From Auanema rhodensis (Eukaryota > Animalia > Nematoda): DNA of 64,000 bases. The notes beneath the pieces are model-generated. The model saw nothing but the letters and a program-made list of their open reading frames with translations. It searched no databases and had not been told where the DNA came from. Shown here piece by piece: positions 39,028 through 50,404 of this stretch. A program made the position numbers and the translations under genes. Location of the stretch: NCBI GenBank assembly GCA_964057225.1, contig OZ059894.1:8060001-8124000 (forward strand), read 5' to 3'. Position 1 is the stretch's first letter, and each line of letters starts with the position of its first letter.

Positions 39028-41391
39028 ATGGAGCAAAATGGTGTCTATGGCGGTATTATGGCGGCTATTTCAATTGTTGCATATGGATCATGCTATCTAC
39101 CTGTAAGATGGTTTGAAGCTAAAGATGGTACACATATACTATATAGTTATATAAATTTGAATAACTTAATCAGTTAATTAAAGGTATTTTCTTTCAATGG
39201 CTCATGTGCTTAGGTCAATTTATAATTGGAGCAATAGTTTTTATATTTTCTGGGTGCCCTCCAGTCAATATAATATCTATGCTTGGTGGAGTATTCTTTG
39301 CTATAGGTACTCATATTATCTAATCATCACATGTTCTTGATGGCTTTTCTTTCTAAGGTAATGCTACTACAATATTTATAATGGATGGAGTCGGTATGGC
39401 TGTCGGAGTGTTGTTGTGGAATTCCGGCTGTTGTGTAGTTGGTTGGGCAGTAAGCCGTTTTGGCTTATTTGGTACTCCTCAATCAATTCCCGAACACAAT
39501 ATGCTCAATATAATTGGAGTGACTGCCATTTGCATTGGGTACGTAATGGCTTACATTCATAAAAAAACTGGTAGAAACAAGAATTCATTATTGATACCGT
39601 GGTTGTTTCGTTGTAGTTGGCGTTCAAAATGAACAGAGATGCATGAACAGTGAAATACATGAATACATATATACATGTATATATACATTAATATATTTAA
39701 ATTTAAATTATAAAAGAAAATGCTAGTAAATAAGTTGTTTCAAAATTTAATAGACCAAGTTTCAGAGGAATATTTTTTGCACCGATTAAGCATCATCCAA
39801 TGAAAGTTCGACCAGCACCCGGACAAGTGAGTTCAGATTTAACATATTTTAAAATATTATGTTAAATATTGCAAATAAAACATTTACATAGATTATCATA
39901 TAGTCTATATATTTTTTTAAAATTTATAACTAAATTTAAAATATTAATTTTATAATATTTTGAAACTTAATTATCAAAATTAAATAAATAAGTGACTTTG
40001 GTTAAATTAATATATAAATAAAATTTAATATTTATAAATTATTGAGACTAAAAAACGTGTTACTTCGATGTTGAATTAGATATACCTTATAGATCCGTAT
40101 CTATATTTGCAGTATTTTAGAAATTAAATAACAAAACAAATTTAAATAAATTATTAATTGTAATAGTTTAGATTATTTAATTAAAATAATACGATTAAAT
40201 ATAATTAAATGAAATAGAAATGTGATTGAACCGTTCATCTGACCGAAAAAAATTAAAATGACCTACGTGAATGTTACGTCATAATTTATATTCTAATTTA
40301 TATAATTAAATATTTCATAAAATGCAAATTATTTATAGTTTATCGATGAAGATAGCGAAAAAGCTTCTCTGAAGAATGCATATCCTTCGACGACACGAAG
40401 ATTAATGTGAGTTTTAAAAATTTACAAGATACTATTGTATATAGTTATCTTCAAGTTGTTATTTTGAGCTTTTTCTTACAAAATTTATAATTTTTCATCA
40501 AATACACTCATACAAACTATATACAGATCTATTACATTATGCTTATTTGTTGGCTTTTTATATGGAAATATGCTAACACCTATTAACTATGCAATAGGTT
40601 AGTTTAAAATATAAATTTAATTATATCAATATTCTTAGAAAAATGCTATTTTAAAACTTTTTATTTTAATTTCTTCAAATTGTTATTTATTTCAGCACAA
40701 GGTGCAAATCCAGAGATGTACACACACTTCTTTGCTCATGCATTAGGCACATTCCTAACTTCTACTATAGTTTTCATCATTTATGCTTTTTATAAGTAAG
40801 TTTTGTAATATTTTCTAGTTTTGAAAGATTATAGCAATGTTTTACAGGAAAAATCGTCCGTTTGTTAATCCTGAACTTGCTATACCATCATTATTATCCG
40901 GCATGATCTATGGTACAGCAGCATGTTGTATGTTAATTGCGAACCAGCATTTGAGTCAAGTACGTATTTTATCAAAACATCTAATATTTTAAATTATTTA
41001 TTTAATTAAATATTTTCATTAACTATAACTAAATATATTTCAATTAATTACTATTCGTTATGATTAAGTTTAAACTATGAAATACCGTTTGCAGATTATT
41101 GCATATCCCATCATCTCCAAATCTCCTGGCATTGTGACTTCTCTATGGGCTGTTCTGTTATTCAAAGAGATTAAGGTATAAACATATTCACAATATACAT
41201 GTCAACTTGCCCATTTTAACAAGTTATATATTCAATTCATCAGTTCAAACAAGAATATTTTTAGATTATTCACATATACAATACATCTTTTCAAATTTTA
41301 GGGAAAATGGAATCTTATTTCTCTGTTCACTGGAATATTTATTACAATTGCCGGAGTTGTTATCATATCTATATCAAAAATATCTTTTTGA
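39028..41391 (+). CDS. TMEM144-like multi-pass membrane transporter (DMT superfamily)
   Basis: YGSCYLPVRWFEAKDGIFFQW, MLGGVFFAIGN, GMAVGVLLW..GWAVSRFGLFG, LYGNMLTP, IAYPIISKSPGIVTSLWAVLLFKEIKG. Confidence 0.88.
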
Positions 41392-41684
41392 GAAAACTAA
41401 ATTAGATGATTTAGATCTAATTATATAATTCTATTTCTAATAAATATTTCAAACTAAACAGTATTCAAAGAATAATAGTATTTCTCTTATATACATATTA
41501 CTAGATGCCAGACACTTTCGTGGCACAACTCAATACTCTGTGTGAATTCATAGTCAAAATAAAACTTTAAAAAAGCATATTTATTTATCAGAATATATAT
41601 TAAAAAGATTCTTTAAAAATTGTAAAACTTAAATCATGCTTGGTAAGAGATAGTTACAAGAATTAGCTAGTTATTTCATAGAAA

Positions 41685-42538
41685 TTAGCAGAAGCATCGT
41701 CCAGTGTTGCATGGAAGTCCGAGGCAGTCATCAGCAGCAGTCTTCTTCTCGCACTTCTGGATGTTACAGAGCTTTCCAAGAGCCTCGAATGAATCAGTAA
41801 ATCCATTCATGACGTGGGCCTTTATATATAAGATAACATAAATACTTGGAAACCTTCAACTTACGGTGAAACAGTCGCACATTCCAGTGGTGCTGTTGCA
41901 GGCGTTTTGAAGTCCTCCACAGTCAGCATGGCTCTCGCACCTATACAGTCAAAAGTTTAACTTAGATCATACTATTAGGTAAACTGACTTCCAGAAGTTA
42001 ACGCAGGCATTGCAGTTGCAAGTTCCGAGGAAAGCTCCAAGGCACTGTCCTCCGTGGCAGTCATCATTATCGTGGCAGACAGAGAGGGTTTCACACTTCT
42101 TCTCCTCAGCCATGCCAGATCCCTAAACGAAATGTTACTTGAGGAATAAAGACTGATGATTCACCTCGATTTGTTCAATTTGGCTCTCGACTTCTTCAAC
42201 TTGTTCCTTGAGCTCGTCGACGTCTTTCTTGATTTCTACAACTTCTTCTTCAATAGAAAGAGCCTCCTTCTCAATTTCTTCGGCGGCTTCTTCAAGTCTT
42301 TCAGCGTTCTCCTCAGCTACAGTTTCCTCAGTCTCTTCGGTGTCCCTCTTCATACGGTAGACGGATTCAGCGTAGAATCCAGAGGCTTCAATGCCAGATC
42401 CTTCCTCATTGATTCCAGATCCTTCTTCAATAGCTGGGAAAGCTGCGACAACTAAAAAGCCAGAGATAAACATCCATTAACGAGCATAGTGAACATACCA
42501 GCAAATCCAAAGGCAAGGAGAGCCAATAACTTCATCAT
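41685..42538 (-). CDS. cpg-3: Chondroitin proteoglycan 3-like secreted protein
   Basis: Signal peptide; repeated EEGSG/EASG attachment sites; acidic coiled region; Cys-rich domain CHDNDDCHGGQCLGAFLGTCNCNAC...DCGGLQNAC...CLGLPCNTGRCFC. Confidence 0.85.
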
Positions 42539-42617
42539 TTTGGTTAGACGGTATATATTAGTTATAAGAAATAATAAGATGATAAGATGAGTGTAGAACT
42601 AACGTATATCTTCATCC

Positions 42618-42626
42618 TTATATAGT
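42618..42626 (-). promoter_or_regulatory. Putative TATA box of cpg-3
   Basis: CTATATAAG on the minus strand ~80 nt upstream of the ATG. Confidence 0.5.
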
Positions 42627-43857
42627 CCTCAAAGATCAAATATCTAGCGCCTAAGATCAGTACGTCCTTACTACATCATACAAAGCCATTCAATCTGATC
42701 AAACATATATTTTCTTTGCATTTATTCTTTTATTTTATTTTTAGTTTTATCTTCATACTTATTCATGAGTTTTTCAACAAAAATAGTTAATTACAGGAGA
42801 GTATGAGATCATGCTGCAGTTCAATTTGAAGTGTTGTTGAAATGTATGCAGGAACTTGGATTGAAGCCTAGCTTTTTTTTTTGCAAAAATAGAAAGAAAA
42901 AAAAACAGTTATTTTGGCCAACTAAAAATACACAGCTTTTGTGTTTAATGATTAAAAATTAGTTAGAATCGTAACTTTCACGGTTCTCATGCTTACCCCA
43001 ATTCGAGACATTCCTCGGCTTTCCTTCTCCCACCACTTCAATTTCAGTGAATCCTGTTCTCGCACGACGTCGTGGCTGTTGCATAGTGTCTCCACCTCCT
43101 CTATATACTCTAGCTAATATATATATATATATAACATATCTGATATGAATTTGAATAGCTTCTTTAGTTCATTTGTTATAATATAAGTAAGATTGTTATG
43201 TATGTATTCATTCATATCTGATTTAAACATGTTTCTGATTTTACGTGTTAGAAGTTCAATGTTCAACTTAGGTAGTTCAGGTACTTTCTACTCAAATCTG
43301 AAAGATGTTTGATCTTCAATTTTCCTTTATTAATATGTTATTCGTTAACTCATCCAAGTTTTTAAAAACCTATTTGATTATATTGCTTGTAGTTTGTATT
43401 TATACTTTTTGCTGATCATTGAACTAACACTACTTCGTTATTTAGCCTTTTGAAAACAGAAATTGAAAATATAAATTAAACTTTTTTCCTCATTTAGCTC
43501 AGATTGATAAGTTTTGTTCCTTTTATCACAAAATATTGTTGTATTCTCAAATTTCTTTGAAGATTCGTCGTTGTTGCCCATATGGAAAATACATTTTTTT
43601 GTACTTTATTGAAGACAAAATTTATTTTTCTTGAAAATGAACTTAATATTTTAAATGATAAGATGACGAAACATTATGTGTATAACCTATGTGACAATTA
43701 TTTCCTCAAATTTGAAAATTTCTTTCAAAGTTCAAGGAATATTCATTTGCATCATAAGTTAATTTTATCAATAATTCGTTTGTAGTCGTATATGATAGAA
43801 AATACAGAAAACTTATTTTTCTTACTCCCTTGTAGTCATGGTATATATGCTTCAGAC

Positions 43858-45733
43858 ATGCAAAATAATAAATCAGATGCTCAAATGGATTTGGTCGTTA
43901 ACGTGGGCGCTACAGGATTTATGTGTCTTCTATACATAACTCTTGGTAAAATATAATATATTTTTTTTGTATATAATATTTATAATTATTAAAGGATTTG
44001 TTGCTTGTATGTGTAATATAATGAATCTCATCATCTATAATTCCAGTCGTAATTTTAGAAAAAAATATTTGTATATGATGGCATTAGATGCTGGAGAATT
44101 AGTTAATGGTAAATTTTGAATTCAAAAAAAAAATTCTTTTTATGAAGAAAAAATAAAGACTTAAATCATAATTTTATAGGAATTAGTTATTTATTAGTTG
44201 GATCAGGTAGAGGATTAGGTTTAATAATCGGTTATATTAATGTTCCAATTACTGTTTACGATTGTTTTTTCAAAGTAATTGTTTTATTTTTTTTTAAATT
44301 TTAATTGAAAACAATTAATTTTTTTTTTTGCAAAAGTACTATAATTAGAAGTAATTATTTCATTATTCTCATGCTTGTTTCAATAATAGTACAAAAGTGA
44401 TTTTTGAAAAACTAAACAGTAAAAGAAACGAAAATCAGTGATCATTTTGAAAAAATGTCTGAAGCGATTTTTGAATTCTAAGTTTTTACAAAATCTTTTT
44501 CAGCATTATTGGGTTCATTCTCTTATTCTTGGCACGGAATTACCAGCTTATTGTATTGTATTAATCTCAATAGAAAGAACCTGTGCTGTTTTTCGACCTC
44601 TGCTTTATAAACGAATTTTTGATGGACGATACAAATATTTTATTCTTTTAACAGTTCCTTTTCTAGGATTGGTATGTTACTGTTTTTTAACAATACTATA
44701 TTTTCAATATATCTAACTATATCATATAATATTTTCAATATTATAAACTTATCATATAATCATTTTTGCAGTGTTCTGTTGTAGTAGCTGGAATTAGCGC
44801 TGTTTTGGATCAGGATCGAATTATAACGACTCAGCATTGCCCTATTATCTCAAGTACAGCTAAATGGTATTATTTTCTTATTCTTATCCTTAATATAAAT
44901 ATTCAATTTAATTATTTCAAGGTACTCAACTTATCATTTTATAACTATTACTATTGTATATGTTATTTCATTTGTTTCATTAGCTGTAATCAAATTTCGA
45001 ATGAGGGTATGTTATATTAACTCATAACTAGAAGCATTCCCAGTACTAATCAATTGATTAAATTTAAAAAAAACTCTATTCTTAATTTAAAACTTGTTGA
45101 AGATAACATTCTTTTTTCCAGCATTATTCAAATTTACGGTCTGAAGATTTCCGAATTGGCATGATGCTTACCATTACCGGAGCTAGTATTATTCTTGTTG
45201 GTAGTTCAGCATTTATTATGTTAACTATACGATGGAATATTTTTAATTTTTCTGATATTGTTGTATCACTGACGTATTCTATGCCAGGGTAAGCTTACAT
45301 GTATATACATATATATGCTAATAAATTTTCACGTCAATGACGTGATTAACGTAACGTGTCACGTGGGCGACTATTATATCGTATTATATGTAAATATATG
45401 AGAATCGTTAACAAGCTGTGCTTAAATTTTATTTTACAAATATATTTTTTATTATTTTAATCTTTTTTTTTTTCAGATTTTTATCAATTTTAAATACTAT
45501 TGTCAATCTGACTTTCCGTAGAGAATTGAAAAATCAATTATTTTATCTTTTAGGAAAATTGTAAGCTTAGATTTTTCTATTCAGTATAATTAAGTGCATT
45601 TTCCAGACAAAAAAAATCAAGACCACAAACTATATCTGCGGGTATTACAATAGCTCATCACCATACGAGTCCAAGACATTCCGTAATACCTGTTCGCCAT
45701 ACGGGTTCTTTGTATTCCATATATCGTAATTAA
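43858..45733 (+). CDS. Serpentine 7TM chemoreceptor (Srsx-like), copy 1
   Basis: Seven hydrophobic segments; TM3 motif VLISIERTCAVFRPLLY; TM7 NTIVNLTFRRELK. Confidence 0.85.
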
Positions 45734-48139
45734 CTGATTTATATGAACTTAATAATCAATTCATTTCATCTATATATAATAGAAATATTTTAGAATTTAT
45801 CATATTTTGTATTGAAAACCGTATTATCTAAACGAACAATTCCTCTATTTTACCTCATTTCATGTATGTTTCTTGAATTTTCCATTCAAAATTATCATGA
45901 ATACTAGATGATTTATTTACTTTGAAATTTTTGCTCAAAACGATTATGATTATGATTGAACTTCTCTCCCAATGTTTCAAATATCTCAACATACATATTC
46001 TCACAAAATACTTAAAGGGATACTTTAGTTTCTTAATCATCTCATAATTCTCAAAAGCCTTTGATTAACATAAGTTTGAAAAGCTAAAAGTCAAAGTTAT
46101 AAAAAATAAAATTCTATTAAATTAGACCTATTATAATATGAATAATTATTATATTATATACTAAATTTAGTTTGTTCAATCTCTAAATATATCATATAAT
46201 ATGTTTGAATTTCTTCTAACATTTATCAAAATTTTAATTTTTTTTTGTGTTTTCTTATTCTTATTTCACTTTATTGTTATTTAACTTGTTTATAGGAATT
46301 TTTAAAATAAATTTTAATATAATTTTATCTAAAATTAACAAAAGTCCTAATAATTTATGAGACAAAATTTGAAATAGAAAATAACAATTATTATTTTTTC
46401 TAAAAGTCTCACAAATAATGAAACAAAGTTTAAGTTTTAGAATATACTTTTTTGATTCTTTTGATTTGTTTTGAATGTTTTTTGGTTTTTGTTCGTTAGA
46501 TATTTCTATTTTTTTTGTTCATTTTCTCCCTTATAAGTGAACACATCCAATATGTTATATAATAAAGTAATATTGAGAATATTATATTTTTTTTGCAAAA
46601 TAAAAAATTGAATAATAGAAAAACTGTAATATCCAACTAAGAGTTCAAAGAAAAGTACATAAGAACATATTACTCTGTTTGATCACTGATGAAATAACGC
46701 AATGTTCTCTAAATTTTATGAAAGACACAAAAAAATTGACTTTTTTTATAATTATCAAAACAAATTTTGAAGGATTTTGAATCTATTTTAGTTCAGAAAA
46801 AAAAACATATGACTTATTCATGTAAGAGTTTCGAAATAGTTTCTATATAATGTTTCTATATTACATTTATTATATTTTTCTATTGTTCTTTGTAAAAATA
46901 CTGTAAATATCTGCCAAAATTGCAAAAAAAACAATATTTTTTTATTGATGCAAATCATTTTCAAGACATAATTTGCATGATTAAGAGAGTTTCTCATAGC
47001 TAATTTCGAAAAAATGTCGACGTCGTTATCAGACATAGACTAACCATAAACAAGGAAATATATAATTAAAAATCCTGAGAATATAGTGTGATGTATTATC
47101 TTAACTCGAAAGGTTCAATGTTAGTTTATAAATTATGAAAAATATTCTAAAAGATGCTTTAATCTTTAATAAAAGTTGAAGTTTGTCATGCTTTCCAGAA
47201 GATAGTTAAGTTAACATGTTAAAAAAGCTGAAAACGTGCACATAAATGTATTTAACTATTACAAAATTAAAATTATCACATAATTATTTTGATTTTTATA
47301 CATAACTATGTATTTATTTTATGATATTATTTTGTTCCATTGGTCTTATTATATACATTTTCTATTTAAATGAGATGAAAATTATTTTATATCCATATCT
47401 TATAATATACTTTATTAAATACAATTTTTGTTATCGTTATAGTAACATATAAATATTATATTATTATTATTATTATTCTCAAAATGGAGTTGTACAACCT
47501 AATCGCAACAACTGATGATTTCTTGATTTTTAATTTTTATTATGATCTCATTCTATTTATGAAGAAGAAGTAAGCGTTGATGAATCAAATTGTTTAACGT
47601 TCTATTGAATGAGAATGAGAGTAATCAGATTGAGAAGAAAAGAAAGAGGGGGAGGGGAAGAACTAACTGGATAAAGCCAAGTTAGACAAATGTGGAATCA
47701 GTAGTCACAAGAGTCGCATGTTGCCAACTGATCACATTGACATCTTATCAGCCCTGACCATTATATTTCAAATAAATCGTCTAATGATGTCTCTTATGTC
47801 ATTTTGATCTTTTAATATATATTTTTTCCGATTACTATATATCTCCAATTGACGTTGAAAGCACTATTTCATAAAATTTGACATTTTTCAAATCGTTGAC
47901 TATACACATAGTTCTTAATATTTTTAAAAATCATTGTGTGAAAGTAATTTGTATGTCAATTTCAATTAGATTTCTTCTTTTCTCGATATTTGTTCGATAT
48001 CTTTCTTTCATATGATTTACTTACTTCAACATTTTATTATAAGCTTATAGAGATTAATTCTGTCTTTCTAACCACAATTTCATATAAATAATCCGAAGTT
48101 AAGTTACTACAGTGTATTCTTATTATTACTAATTTCCAA

Positions 48140-49401
48140 ATGATGACCGATTTAAAAGTAGATACTATATCTACAGGTTTTATGTGTATATTATATGTTG
48201 TTTTAGGTTAATTTTTAATTTTTATTCATTTTTTTTAATAATTTTACTTTAGGATTAATAGTATGTGCATTTAAAATTTTAAATATTTTATTGTATAGCT
48301 CAAAAAAAAGTCTTTTACATAAATATACATATATGGTTGCTCTTGAAGTTGGAGATTTTGTAAATGGTAAAACAAATTTTTATTTTTTTTATACTAAAAT
48401 TATTATAATTTTAAATATTTTATTAAAATAATTATAATTAAAGGTATAAGTTATATATATGTTGGATTTGGACGAGGAATAGCTTTAATCAATGGATATT
48501 TAAATGAGCCAACCACATTGTATAATTGTTTTTTCGGAGTAACATCTTTTTAAAGTTTTCAAATTTAATTTTAATATTTTCCAGCATTATTGGGTTTATT
48601 TACTAATTTTGGGTACAGAATTACCAGCATTCTGTATAGTTCTTATTTCAATAGAAAGAGTCTGTGCTGTTGTTCGCCCAGTTACATTTATGAAAATCTT
48701 TGATGGAAGATATAAATATGTTCTTCTAGCCATAGTTCCAACACTTGGAATTGTATGTTTTTGAAAAAAAAAACATTTGGTTATACATATATAATGGAAA
48801 ATTATTTATTTATTTTTAGATATCATTGATTGTAGCTGCATTCAGTGCAGTAGCAGAAGGTGATCGAAGAGTTACAACAAGACATTGTCCCATAATTTCA
48901 AGTACTTCAATATGGTTTGTTATAGATTAAAGTATATCAAATAATTTATCAGAAAAATTTTATTTGAATGAAAGAATATTCATGCTTGAAATTTTAGTAT
49001 TTAACTCAAATTAATCAACCATATACAATTGTATTGTTAGAAAGTATAAGTTGATGTTTAATTTCACAACAAAAAAAATGAATACTATGAAGATTAAGAA
49101 GGAAGTTCAATATAAATTAATATGATCATTAACTATATATTCATATAATAAACTTATAATTATTTATACATATATGCGATTTACGTGGCTATCTATGTAG
49201 TAAGATATCATATGAGTGTTGAATTATTATATTAACGAATATATATTTCCGCTTTTCATATGATTACAATTGAATTTCAAAAAGATACTCATGTTCAAAA
49301 TAGAAAATAATGTCCAACGTGGGCTACCACTTTCTGGAGATATAACTTTCCCCTCCTCTCCCTTTCTCTCTCACGTGTACGCGGACACACGTACATACTC
49401 T

Positions 49402-49470
<69 letters not shown>

Positions 49471-50282
49471 GATCTTCAATTGAATTTTGACTAATCATTT
49501 CCAAATATGAAGTAAGTAAAACTTTACGTGATTTTTCGAACCAATAAAGTCATTTGTGTCAGCTGTTGTGACTAATTTTCCATAAAAATACCAATAAAAT
49601 TAAATTCATATAATAAGGAAGAAATATAATATTTGAAAGAAAAATAATTCTAATTTCACGTAATTTGTATAAATTTTCAGGTTTGCGACATATCACTTCG
49701 TTACTATAACAGCTGTATATATTATAACTTTTACAGCTTTAGGTATAGTTAAATATCGTGTACAGGTGAGTTAAAATACAATTTGTTTTCTGTATATTTG
49801 TATACGGTATTTCCTATTTTCTTCAGAAAATGTTAAGTGGAGGTAGTTCATATGATAGTCGTGTGAATATGATGATGGTTATAACAGGTAAACTTGCATG
49901 AAAACATATAAAAAAAATTAAAAAATTTTCTCAGGAGCTTCACTTATTCTAGTAGGAAGTTCAGCGTTTGTTATGCTTGTTATACGATATGATCTTATGA
50001 ATATATCTGATACAATTGTTGGAATCACTTATTCTATGCCCGGGTATTAAAATTTTCAATGTAATTATAAATATAAATACTTGTATTTCAGGTTTTTATC
50101 TATCGTTAATTCACTTGCAAATATATTTTTCCTGGCAGAGCTTAAAGTGCAGCTATATCGTAAACTAGGAATACGGTATCGTTTACTATATTTCCTTTTT
50201 ACATTAATTAATTTTCAATTGTAGACAAGATCAAAAAAGTATAATTGGATCAACATTTGCACACCATACAACACATTCTTAA
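48140..50282 (+). CDS. Serpentine 7TM chemoreceptor (Srsx-like), copy 2 (tandem paralogue)
   Basis: Colinear with copy 1: HYWVYLLILGTELPAFCIVLISIERVCAVVRP, HCPIISST, TYSMPGFLSI. Confidence 0.85.
49404..49470. repeat. (CT)n microsatellite in a GPCR intron
   Basis: Directly visible. Confidence 0.95.
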
Positions 50283-50404
50283 TTTTCATTTTTTAAATGT
50301 ACAGTTGTTTTATTGAAAAACAATTAATTATATTATATGAATATGTTGTTGAAATTTTGAAAAATAATATGTAAAATAATTAAAAAAAAAGAAAAATACA
50401 TAAT

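Noticed and set aside
42156-42455. Hydrophobic 99-aa ORF on the + strand
   Set aside because: Antisense shadow of the Glu-rich cpg-3 exon.
44699-44766. ~31-bp imperfect tandem duplication in a GPCR intron
   Set aside because: Low-complexity AT-rich duplication with no functional evidence.
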